A stretch of DNA of 63,266 nucleotides, counting the filler, from Octopus bimaculoides (Eukaryota), in NCBI RefSeq assembly GCF_001194135.2. It is 7 parts of 7 records of this genome, joined end to end, with 100 filler letters (N's around TTAATTAATTAA, not from the genome) between each part and the next. Parts side by side here need not be neighbours in the genome. Positions count along the whole stretch, not along the records: positions 39,108 to 46,344 come from NC_068994.1; positions 46,445 to 50,114 come from NW_026320201.1; positions 50,215 to 60,703 come from NW_026398196.1; 4 more parts are not named here. One strand, given 5' to 3'. Positions 39,640 to 50,649 of this stretch are shown here, in pieces; position 1 is the stretch's first letter; each line of letters starts with the position of its first letter. Below the pieces are notes generated by a model. The model made no database searches and was not told the origin of the DNA. It saw only the letters and a list, made by a program, of their open reading frames with translations. The position numbers and the translations under genes are program-made.

Positions 39640-40720
39640 AAGGCACAATGGCAGAGAGAAAGACAAGCAACTGAATCGGATAAAACCAGGGCAAAGTGAC
39701 TAAAACAGATGCCTGAATATGCACGAAGACACAAACATGATTCTGTTTCTGCTACACATGACCGACTGGGTATCTTGAGAGGAAAATATTCTACTTCAAA
39801 ATAATGGTGTCAGATCACAAATTGTTGATGCAACACTAAAGAGATTTTTTCTTTGTGATCACATGGAAGTATTGGAGCTGACAACCAATCTAAGACGTCT
39901 TACAGAAGGTCATTCTGCGGAAAGAGAGTTTGCTAATTACTTTCTTGATGTAGGAAATGGTAACATTTCTGTTGAACAAAGCCTAGGTGAATTCAAAATT
40001 AAACTACCCAATGTCCTTTGCCTTGAAAGTGGTACTCTTTCAGATCTATGTGATTTTGTATAAGCTGACCTCAAAAATAACTTCCACAAACCCTGTGTGG
40101 CCTGCAAATAGAACCATTGTTACTCCAACAAATGAAGCAGCACAATTTGTGAATGATTTTCTGTTGACCAGGATCCCTGGTGAGCTAAAAATATACAGAA
40201 GCTCAGATACAGTTGATAATGAAACTCTGTACCCAATCGAGTTCATCAACAAACTTACACCATCAGGGTTTCCACCACACATTCTCAAACTGAAGAAAAA
40301 TGCTTCTGAGAAATTTAGATGTTACTAATTAATGGACATTGCATTGGTACACGCTACATCATTGTCAATTTACATGATCATGTTATTGAGACTGAGGTTG
40401 CTTCTGATCCTTGTGCAGGATCAACTCTGCTAATCCCAAGAATACCACATGTATCTCAAGAAATGGAATTTCCATTTACATTTACATGCAAGCAATTTCC
40501 TGTCAAGCCAGCTTTTGCCTTAACATGGCAACAAGGCACAGGGACAGACTTTTGAACAAACTGGAATATATCTTCTGACAACAATTCTTCTCACATGGTG
40601 AACTGTATGTTGCATTATCTAGAGTTCGAAAGAAGGCTAATGTAAAAATATTGGCTGAGAGAAATGGAAAAATGTAAAATATTGGCTCAGAGAAATGGAA
40701 ACAGTAGCGAGTTTCAGTAG
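39640..40720 (+). mobile_element. Helitron remnant: Pif1-like helicase C-terminal half, frameshifted
   Basis: Fragments TPTNEAA, PSGFPPHILKLK, GHCIGTR, IPRIP, QFPVKPAFALT, QGQTF, SHGELYVALSRV. Confidence 0.9.
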
Positions 40721-41164
40721 AATTAACACATAAATTATATGTAAAGTAACATATATTTGTGTGGAATTAAATTGTTTTGGCATATTCCAACACATGCTGA
40801 ATGAATGATATCGTTATATTAGATCATTTTAAATTTGGGTATGTTTGGAAAAGTAAGGAAACGTCATTCCCATGAATTCTTACAGCACCAGACGTTTGTG
40901 TGTGTCCATCCGGCCGTCTGTCCATCCATCCATCTATCTATGCACACCTATGTAAGTTCAACCAATTATTAATGTAAGTTCTACCAATTATTAATGATAA
41001 ATATATATAACAGACTGACTCTTTAAAAAAGAGAGATTATGACATAAAGTAAAGAAAGCAATATTTACTAAGCAAGTGACCACTGTTATACAAAGAAATA
41101 GAAGCCACAGAAGCAACAGCAGCAACAGAAGGAGGAGGAGCAGGGGGAAGGGGAGCAGGAGAAA

Positions 41165-41195
<31 letters not shown>

Positions 41196-41207
41196 TATTT
41201 TACTTAC

Positions 41208-41344
41208 TTCCCCACCTGGTCAATGACACTTATAACATTCCAGGGTGCAGTACTTGAATCCCTGGTCATATTGGATCTCTCCTTTGTCACATGGTTTGTA
41301 ACCTCTACCAGAGAATCCTGTAGATTCACCTCAATAGCAAATTT
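41208..41344 (-). CDS. Internal coding exon (137 nt, phase 0-2): KFAIEVNLQDSLVEVTNHVTKERSNMTRDSSTAPWNVISVIDQVG(K)
   Basis: Acceptor ttattatttaccag, donor aa|gtaagt; only frame 0 is open; phase matches the exon at 43595 upstream and the exon at 24842 downstream. Confidence 0.7.
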
Positions 41345-42026
41345 CTGGTAAATAATAATAATAATAATGAGGATAATAATGGTGATGATAAACAAGTGGT
41401 GTGAGCACCAACCTTTACCAAAAGCAGGGAATGGTTAGGTGAAACTCTCATGGGATATGCCAATCTACACAGAGAAGAAGCTGCAACATAACTGACCAGA
41501 TATTACTCTCCTACTGAAGAAGACCAAAGAATGGATCTTGTTATAATGTGGATCCTTGTCCACTTGTATGTTATTGTCCACTTGTACAGATATTCTATAG
41601 AATATCTGTAGAAATGTGAATCCTTGTCCACTTGTAATATTCTTGACAATGACTGTAAAACGTCTACCTTGACAGTAAATTGAACTCGTATATATCACAT
41701 AACTGACTCCAGCTGAGAAATTGTACAACTCTACTACTACTGACTTCTACTACTACAATGACTGACTGTCTAGCTTTATAGTGGCTGGTTCACACCGCTT
41801 GTCATGGCTTCTGATCCTAACTGATTGCAAGTATTAACATGTACATGTTTTGTCTGCAGCACCTTCCTTGCATGCAGATTTTGCAGCAGAACTTGCTCAT
41901 CAAACAAAGCAAGGATCGACCATGAGAGAAACCACAGGAAGAAAAATGAGTACTTAAGAATATTCCCCACTGGTTAGGCCATCTATCAAGATGAAAAGAG
42001 TTAAATATTTTGTGTGTACTTGACAT

Positions 42027-42961
42027 AGTGTAAGTACCTTGAGAGAAAAGTTGGACCTAAGAAGCATCAGTTGTGGTGTGCGAGAGAGACGATTGCGCTG
42101 GTATGGTCATGTGGCGAGAATGGATGAGGATAGCTGTGTGAAAAAGTGCCACAGCCTTGTGGTTGAGGGTACCTGTGGAAGAGGTAAACCTAGGAAGACC
42201 TGGGATGAGGTTGTGAAGCACGACCTTTGTACATTAGGCCTCACCAAGGCAATGACTTGTGACCGAAACCTTTGGAAATATGCTGTGCGTGAGAAGACTT
42301 GGCAAGACAAGTGAGACCATAATCTGTGGCCTTTACCAGGGGTGTAGCCAGCCCACATATGTGTACCTATCCTTCCTCCTGCTTGCGAAGACTTGTTGAG
42401 GCAAGTGAAATCAAAATCGAAAATTGAACCAAATTCGTTGACTGGCACCCATGCCAACCTTCCTTCATTGGACACTAAACTCAGCTTGCGAAGACCTGTT
42501 GGGGCAAGTGAGGTCGAAACTGAACCAAATTCGATGACTGATACCCATGCCAGTGGAGCGCTAACAGCACCATCCGAGCGGGATCACTGCCAGAGCAGCG
42601 GTCTCACTTCTGTGCTGGTGGCACGTATAAAGCACCATTTGAGCATGATCGTTTCCAGCTTCACCTTACTGGCACTTGTGTCGGTTTGGACTGACTCCTG
42701 TGCAGGTGGCACGTAAAAAAACACCATTTGAGCGTGGCCATTGCCCGTACTGCTGGACTGGCCCTCATGCTGGTGGCATGTAAAAAGCACCCACTACACT
42801 CTCGGAGTGGTTGGCATTAGGAAGGGAATCCAGCTGTAGAAACTTTGCTAGATCAGATTGGAGTCTGGTGTAGCCATCTGGTTCGCCAATCCCCAGTCAA
42901 ATCGTCCAACCCATGCTAGCATGGAAAGTGGACGTTAAATGATGATGATGATGATGATGAT
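42027..42961 (+). mobile_element. RTE LINE 3' fragment with complete 3' UTR and (GAT)n tail
   Basis: ERRLRWYGHVARMDEDSCVKKC...GRGKPRKTW; closely matches 59265-59650. Confidence 0.93.
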
Positions 42962-43594
42962 GTGTGTGTGTGTATGTAATGTATATGTAATAAAATTGAT
43001 GATAATTGTTAAACATTTGAACTGTGGTCACCCTAGCTATTTTTTAAGGTATGGTGTATCTTGGACAATGTTATTCAGGATATATGTGTCTTCATTTTTA
43101 AGCAGTAGGATATGTTTTGGGAGAAAATTGGCTGCTATTTCTGGTGGCTTGAATGACTATATTAAGGCTTCCTCTTTGGTGGTGAAACAAGAGAGATGGA
43201 GGATAGTTTGGAGAGTGTTTTGTTGTTTATGTACAACGTGAAGCTGGAAACAAAACAGTCAGTAAATACAGTGGCTTTATCAGCATGAGAACTTCTTTTT
43301 AAGTAAATCTGGTTGAGTAGGGATGACGCCAGAAGATTCTTAAAATTAACAGAGAAAATATGAAAAAAATCACTTTTTTTTCATATTTCAAATATGAAAA
43401 AAATCACTATGAGAAAATATGGAAAAAATGCTTGGATCAGGAAATTAAAATGTTCGAAATTCACTGTCACTTAAAAAACAGGTATTCCTTGTTAAGCCAA
43501 ATAGCCGAGTTAGGTACTAAATAGAAAACTTAAGATCTGCCAATATCTAGACTAATACAATTAACTGATGAATAACAAATAAAATATGACTCAC

Positions 43595-43729
43595 CTCATC
43601 TCTTTCAAAGAACAGTGCCACACCATTAGCTTGATGACTAACTTTGATAGATATTGACTTTACAAAGCCAAAGTCTGGAAGCTGGAATGCCTCGGAACGT
43701 TTTGTGAATTGGATGCATGATAACCACAA
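43595..43729 (-). CDS. Internal coding exon (135 nt, phase 0-0) of unknown minus-strand gene: LWLSCIQFTKRSEAFQLPDFGFVKSISIKVSHQANGVALFFERDE
   Basis: Acceptor tattatccag, donor gag|gtgagt; only one frame is open; non-repetitive sequence. Confidence 0.65.
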
Positions 43730-43817
43730 CTGGATAATACATGATTAATTATTAGAAATGTGAATTAATAAGTTTTACATTCGACAGAGATAAACAACAA
43801 ACAGATAGATAAAAAGA

Positions 43818-44413
43818 TCTATATCTATATAGCTGAGTTTGTGTGTGTGTTTGTGCGTGCTGCATCTATAGAAATCCACACCTTACAAGATAGCAATCTG
43901 GAGTCACACCAATGGATTCCTCATGGTCGAAAATGCCTGGAATCGGCTATTTGTTTTTTTTTTCGTTGCTTCTTACCACGTTAATTTTTGCATTAAAAAT
44001 AATTTTAAACCATAAATTCTAACAAGTTTCAAGTCGCCATTATTTGCAAACATGAGTTCAGTCCCCTTCTAGCAACGGTGCAAAGACAGAGAGCAACAGA
44101 GATAACAGATTTCTTAAATTTCCTCTTTTTACTGCTCTCTTTATCCACAAGTAATTTGCATATTTGCTGAATCCGTTGCTCTACTCATACCTACATATAG
44201 CTGGTCGTGCATGAACATGGCAGACAGCAGTAGTTACCAGAGCAAAAATCATCACTGTTCACTGTAGACATGCTCCATCGCAATCGATCAGCTATTATTT
44301 TGTAAACAATGTTACGAAACGCTCCACCATGGCTGCAGTCACATGACAGAAACAAGTAAAGCAATAAAATCTATGCCATTTTCATCCCGAGCGAGGCTGG
44401 GTATCTCTACTAG
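43818..44413 (+). mobile_element. Non-autonomous Helitron
   Basis: A|TC 5' end followed by a (GT)n tract; 3' GC hairpin cccgagc-gag-gctggg (44386-44401) then CTAG|T. Confidence 0.6.
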
Positions 44414-45009
44414 TAGATAAATAAATAAGTGTGTGTGTGTGTGTGTGTGCGCAGTTGCATGAGATTCTGCGAGAGACTCTGAGTGGTACTTGTGTTGTAC
44501 AAGCATTTATCACTATAATCCAATGAGGTACAAATGTCACTTCATGGTAACGTCAGTCCTAGGGCGATGGAAGAATAGTGATGTATGCAGACCAAACCAG
44601 TTGGAAGCACACAGTAAGTTACAACGTTTGTCTGTTACCTATGCTTCTCAAAACCATGCAGATTTGCAATGGGACTGAATAGTCATCTGAGAGGTCTTGG
44701 ATGGAAAGTCAGAAATGCCAGGACAATAAGGAAGCACAAGGAGATGGCAATCATCTGTGAAGATGGATCAATCACTATGTATTTGTGTGTATATATAACT
44801 ACACTTGGCCTGTTGGAGATTTCTTCTTCGCCTACTTCTTTGGACTTTTTTCCTCTCTCCTTTCTGATGAAGAGCTATGCTGGAAACTTTAAACTCTCCC
44901 CTTTCACTGAGCATCAAGCTAATATTCTTCTTGTGTTTGTCCTCCTTTTCGTTGTTTTTCTTTTTTCCATTTTTTATCCATTTATTTGAATTTTTTGTTT
45001 ATTTGAACT

Positions 45010-45058
<49 letters not shown>

Positions 45059-45201
45059 NNNNNNNNNNNNNNNNNNNNNNNNNNNNNNNNNNNNNNNNNN
45101 NNNNNNNNNNNNNNNNNNNNNNNNNNNNNNNNNNNNNNNNNNNNNNNNNNNNNNNNNNNNNNNNNNNNNNNNNNNNNNNNNNNNNNNNNNNNNNNNNNNN
45201 N

Positions 45202-45242
<41 letters not shown>

Positions 45243-45349
45243 AGAATTCACAAAAAAAACAGACGAAGACAGGTGGTGTAGAAAACAAATAGATGTATTA
45301 GTATAATGCTTGGGAATTGAAAAAGTCTTATATATATATATAATATATG

Positions 45350-46135
45350 TTTTTCCCTCCTTTTCATCATTGTCCTCTAAGCCATAATAGAGGAATTCAA
45401 GACTGGCAACTCCTGAGAACTACTATATACTGATGATCTTGCCCTCAGATCTAGAAAAGAAATTCCAAGTGTGGAAGCAAAACCTGTAATTTAAGGGAAT
45501 TAAGGTTAACTTAGCAAACACTAAGGTCTTCGTTAGCAAGAAGACACACAAAGCCTTATCCTCTTCTGGTAAGTGGCTCTGCCTGATTTGTAGGAAAGGT
45601 GTAGGCAGGAATTCCATTTGGTGTACCCAGTGCAAGCTATGGAAACACAAGGTGCAGTGGAATAATTTCTGCACCCTAGGGGCCCAAATTAGTAGTGGAG
45701 GAGGATGTATAGAGAATGTAATAGCTAGAATAAAAATAGGATGGAGAAAATTCAGTGAGTTTTACCTCTGTTGGCAACCAAAGGTTTCTCTCCCCGAGTG
45801 AAACTAAGATTGTATGATGCCTGTATACAAACACCAATTCTATATGGTAGTGAGACATGGGCCTTGAATGTCAAGGACATGCAAAGGCTAGAGAGGAATG
45901 AGGTTAGTATGCTCTGTTGGATGTGTAATATAAGTGTACATGTGTGACAAAGTGCTAGTGTATTGAGAGAAAAATTAGGCATAAGAGGAATTAGATGCAG
46001 TATGCAAAAGAGAAGACTGTGTTTGTGGTCTTGCGGTGTGGATGGATGTCGACAGCTCCATAAAGAACTGATCTCTCCAAGTAGATGGAACTCATGGAAG
46101 ATGGAGACCCAGAAAGAAAGGAGACAAAGTACTGA
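45350..46135 (+). mobile_element. Older diverged RTE LINE fragment
   Basis: YTDD, KVNLANTK, CLICRKGVGRNSI.CTQCK, YGSETWAL; multiple frameshifts. Confidence 0.85.
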
Positions 46136-46679
46136 TGGACGACCTCAGATAATAATAATATCAGGTCATCCCATAAGTTCTGTTCGATTTTACCTTTTTT
46201 AAAATTGAATGAAATGTAATAGTATTTTAGAATGTCTAATGGAATTAAAAATTATTCTTATGCATTTGTGTACATTTAAATTAATTAAATATTATTTTAC
46301 AGAATAAGAGAATTAAAATTTCTTTGATTAAAACCCTTCCTAACNNNNNNNNNNNNNNNNNNNNNNNNNNNNNNNNNNNNNNNNNNNNTTAATTAATTAA
46401 NNNNNNNNNNNNNNNNNNNNNNNNNNNNNNNNNNNNNNNNNNNNAGTTTTCTACTGTTCAATCCTGTCGAAATTGTTCTTTATTCGAATGCTAACAGAAT
46501 AAATGCTGATGCTTACAGTACACTTATTTTTCATAATAGTTCTCATAGAAGTGTTACTTTGACAGAAATAAGTTCCTTCTGTTCAATTTAGTTATCCGAA
46601 AAGAAAATCTGGTATTAACTAAACAGCAACAGATGGAAGAGGATAAAATATTAAAAAAAGGACAAAATATTAACGATAT

Positions 46680-46740
46680 GTGCACGATATGGATTTTAAG
46701 TGTACGATATGGATTTTAAGTGCACCATATAGATTTTACA
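46680..46740. repeat. 20-bp tandem repeat x 3
   Basis: gtgcacgatatggattttaa variants. Confidence 0.85.
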
Positions 46741-46809
46741 TAACATTCTCAGCTAATATAGAAATATCATTTTCAATATAGGCCTGGTTCTGTGTCAAGA
46801 AGATTACTG

Positions 46810-46933
46810 TTCACATATATGGATTTTTTTTAGTCCCATTTCGTGGCACTTTGGACATGTAACGTCTACTATAGCCTTGGGTCGACTTAGCCCTGTGAGT
46901 GAATTTCCTACTGGAAACTGCGTTGAAGCCTGT

Positions 46934-46973
<40 letters not shown>

Positions 46974-47070
46974 CATATATATATGTGTGTGTGTGTGTAT
47001 GTGTGTGTGTGTGTGTGTATGTGTGTGTGCGTGTGTGTGTTTGTCTTTGTGTTTATCCCATCAACTCCTG
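46810..47070 (+). mobile_element. SINE family A, 5' half
   Basis: gtggcactttgg..ctactatagccttggg..ggaaactg. Confidence 0.7.
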
Positions 47071-47267
47071 ATACCCAATCACCCAATCCTTACTCTTTTC
47101 AAAAAGATATTATTTATTACAATAATACTGACTATCTTCAGAGTAGTTCACAACTTAAAGAATCGAATTCGAAGTACCAAAAAGAATCGATGTTCACCTT
47201 TAACTTTTAGCAGAAAATATATACTGGGTAGCAATGAATTAATTTTACAGTTTTAAAAGTTCAGAAG

Positions 47268-47339
47268 AAAATGGAAAATAGGGATAACCCATTGAACGTG
47301 TTGCACTCAATTGTTACCAATTTTTTTATGCTTAAAGCC
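47268..47339 (-). pseudogene. Degenerate LRR pseudo-exon ALSIKKLVTIECNTFNGLSLFSI lacking splice sites
   Basis: Aligns in register with the two LRR exons (L..., IE...F.GL); no AG before and no GT after; stop two codons later. Confidence 0.4.
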
Positions 47340-48192
47340 ACCGGAAGAAGAAGAGGAAGAAGAAAAACAAGATGAAGGAAGGAGGAGGAAGAGCATAAGA
47401 TGCACAGGGAGTAGAAGAAGTAAGAGGAGAAGGAGGAGGAGGAGAAGAAGAAGAAGAAGATGAAAATGAAAGAGAAATAGAAGTACGTAGTGAGATACAC
47501 ACATATACACATACAGTCATACATATATATTTGTGCATACAGTATAATACAGTCGTACAGTTACACCCACATTCAACATCACATTCACACATTCAAGCAC
47601 ACAATGTAATGAGGGGGAATATTAGTTTAAATGGGAGAAGACAACAGAAAAAGGACATGAGAACATATCAAATATTTATAAATATATCATCCGTGAAAGA
47701 GTGTCTGGTAAATTGATGCAAATCACGTACTGGAAGCTAGTAACTTTTACAACCAGAACGTGATGTATATGAGTATATTGTATTTATATTTGACACTTCT
47801 GCATCTACAGTTTGCTGTATTAAATATATAATCTAAAGTGAATGAAGATGTCGGAGATGAATAGAAGAATTCGGAAAAGTACAGCTGGTAGAAAATAAAG
47901 AGAAAATAAAGCATATTACTACAAATTACATAGTCACATATACATGGAAACATTACCATATACACGAACATACACATATACATTTCCGTTAATAAGTTTT
48001 GATGCAAATATATATATATAATATCCCAGTCGTACGCGTCTTCAGAAAAAGTCAAACAGATATTGTGCCAATATGAGGACAAAATATGAATTAGAGTTAT
48101 AAAAACAGAGAGGGAAAGAGAAACGTGGCACCAGTAAAGTTATGTAAAAATAACATTCATAGAATAATCTTAACAAAAGTAAACGAACTTAC

Positions 48193-48264
48193 AACTGTTG
48201 TAATCGAGGAAGACCCTGGAAGCTTCCTTGTTCAATACTCGAAATATTATTTCCATTTAAACGC
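48193..48264 (-). CDS. 72-nt leucine-rich-repeat exon (phase 2-2): RLNGNNISSIEQGSFQGLPRLQQ(L)
   Basis: Acceptor tttattgctacag, donor tt|gtaagt; LRR consensus; splices in frame with the 48892 exon. Confidence 0.9.
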
Positions 48265-48592
48265 CTGTAGCAATAAATAAACAGGGAAACAGTTTTTATG
48301 GAAAATATGTATGATAAGATGTTGAATAGGATGGGATTGAAATGAAACAAACGATGACAAGACAGGGAGAAAAGCAAGGAAAAGAAGACGAGGGTGAAAG
48401 AGAAGATGTAATAGAAGGAGAAACGGGAAAATAAAAAGAGGAAGCTATCGAAGAAGAAAAACTAGAAGGTAATGAGTTTAGGAACAAGTAGAAGTAAACA
48501 AGAAGAATAAGAAAGAGGAAATATATGGAGGAGGAGAAAAAACACAGAAGTAGTAGTAGTAGTAATAGTAGAAGAAGAAGAAGAAGAAGAAG

Positions 48593-48624
<32 letters not shown>

Positions 48625-48891
48625 GATCCACTAACAGAGATATGAACTTCAACCCCCCCTCCACACACACACAGACACACAGATGAAAACATACATGCTC
48701 ACATAAAATCGTATTGTAACGCACGAAACATTTATTCCCTCACACATATAAACTCGTACATGCCTTCATACCTACACAGAGAGAAATATAATGGCAGAAT
48801 ATAAATTAGAAATGCAGAAAGAGAAAGAGAGTAAGAAAGAAAAGGCATGACATTTCTAGTAATATAAAATATCAACGGAAACTGAACTTAC

Positions 48892-48963
48892 AATTTCTGT
48901 AAATTGTTAAGACCTTGGAAGATTCCACGTTCGATTTTCTCGATCTTATTATGCTCCAATGTT
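48892..48963 (-). CDS. 72-nt leucine-rich-repeat exon (phase 2-2): TLEHNKIEKIERGIFQGLNNLQK(L)
   Basis: Acceptor ttttatgtaacag, donor tt|gtaagt; matches the 24-aa typical extracellular LRR consensus, encoded one repeat per exon as in LGR/SLIT-like genes. Confidence 0.88.
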
Positions 48964-49394
48964 CTGTTACATAAAATAGATTATAAAGGAAATAATATAG
49001 AAACGCTATCTGATAAGATATTAAATTTGAAGTTTTAAAATGAGAGATAAAAAGAGGGATATGAAAGAGAACAGCGTGACAAAGTTAATGAAAAGGACTT
49101 TTGGAGTAGGAGATAGAGGAGGAAGGGACGTATGAGGTGGGAGGAGAGGACAAGTGTGAAGAGGAGAAGGGGAGAGGAGGTGCGTCGTACAGGAAGAGGG
49201 AGCCGAAGGTGGAATACAGAGGCGATAGACAATGGGTAATTGAGCGGAATAACTGAGGTGGTAAAGGAAAATAAATGGAATGTATAGATTTATAAATGTT
49301 CAAGTAAAATACGATGAAACGAAAACGATGCATTAGAAACGGGAAAAGCGGTTGAAAATCTTGAAAAGCAGAGAAGAAACACAAGATGATGAAC

Positions 49395-49429
<35 letters not shown>

Positions 49430-50649
49430 TGGTAGAAGAAAAAGAGGAAGGAGAAGAAGAAGAAGAAGAAGAAGAAGAAGAAGAAGAAGAAGAAGAAGAA
49501 GAAGAAGAAGAAGAAGAAGAAGAAGAAGAACAAGAACAAGAACAAGAACAAGAACAAGAACAAGAACAAGAACAAGAAGTAGTACTACTACTAGAAGTAG
49601 AAAGCGGAGGGGAGGTAGAAGGCGGGGGAGGAAAAGAAGGAGGACGAGGGAAAAGAAAAAGAAGAAAACAATAAAATACGTTTAAAACGAACATAATAAA
49701 TAAGATGAAAACAAGCAAATATTCAAAGATATTCTAACGAATAATTCGGAGTATGAGAATTGAATGGAAGGAGGAAAAGCAAAGCACAGATGCTTGCTAT
49801 CAGATACACATACATGCACATACAGTTTTGCACACGTATGGACACACAGTCAAACACACATACATTTGTGCATATAATAGAACTGTGCAGTTACGTCCAC
49901 ACACTCACATTGACACATTGAAGAACACTCACCCGCAAGTTTGATGATAGTAAATATTAGTTTAAAAGGGAGAAGGCAAGTAAAGAAACATATAATATCC
50001 CAGTCGTACTCGTCTTCATGAGCAATCAAAATGAAATAGTGCCAATGAAGAATTTTGCTGTTGCTGTCTTGTCGTTGTTATTGTTTTTCTCATCGTTATT
50101 TTGTTGTACTTGCANNNNNNNNNNNNNNNNNNNNNNNNNNNNNNNNNNNNNNNNNNNNTTAATTAATTAANNNNNNNNNNNNNNNNNNNNNNNNNNNNNN
50201 NNNNNNNNNNNNNNTGTGTTAAATTCACCTGATGAATCCAGTAATGTGCACAACTCTTCTATAATAATATTTTGTTGTATACCCAATTGAATATTAGCTA
50301 ATAACCCATTTTCTATAGTAATGTTTGAACAAAAATTTTAATAATTTTATATTTTGTTGAATTTACCTGTATTTACCTGTAATTAGAGTCACTTTGTGAC
50401 AAAAAGTTTGGTATAGAATTGGTTGAGAATCTTTCATTAAATTATTTTCCAAAAATCACATTAATATGTTGATAAATAAAAAAGTTAGAGTTGTTTAATG
50501 AAGCCAGACTAAATTTATGATTGTGTTAGAAATTAATTGAAACACATAAGGGTGTATTTTGGTTAGAAATATGGTAACGAACGGGTTAAATCTACAATCA
50601 CAAATTCTAGCGACATAATTATTGGTAATGGGATTATCATTTCTATTGT

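Noticed and set aside
41860-41957. Plus-strand terminal exon candidate PSLHADFAAELAHQTKQGSTMRETTGRKMST*
   Set aside because: The apparent acceptor derives from the repeat fragment at 41802-41855, and no partner plus-strand exons were found.
47090-47256. Plus-strand NLKNRIRST as LRR-like
   Set aside because: Wrong strand, no exon structure, and a poor consensus match.
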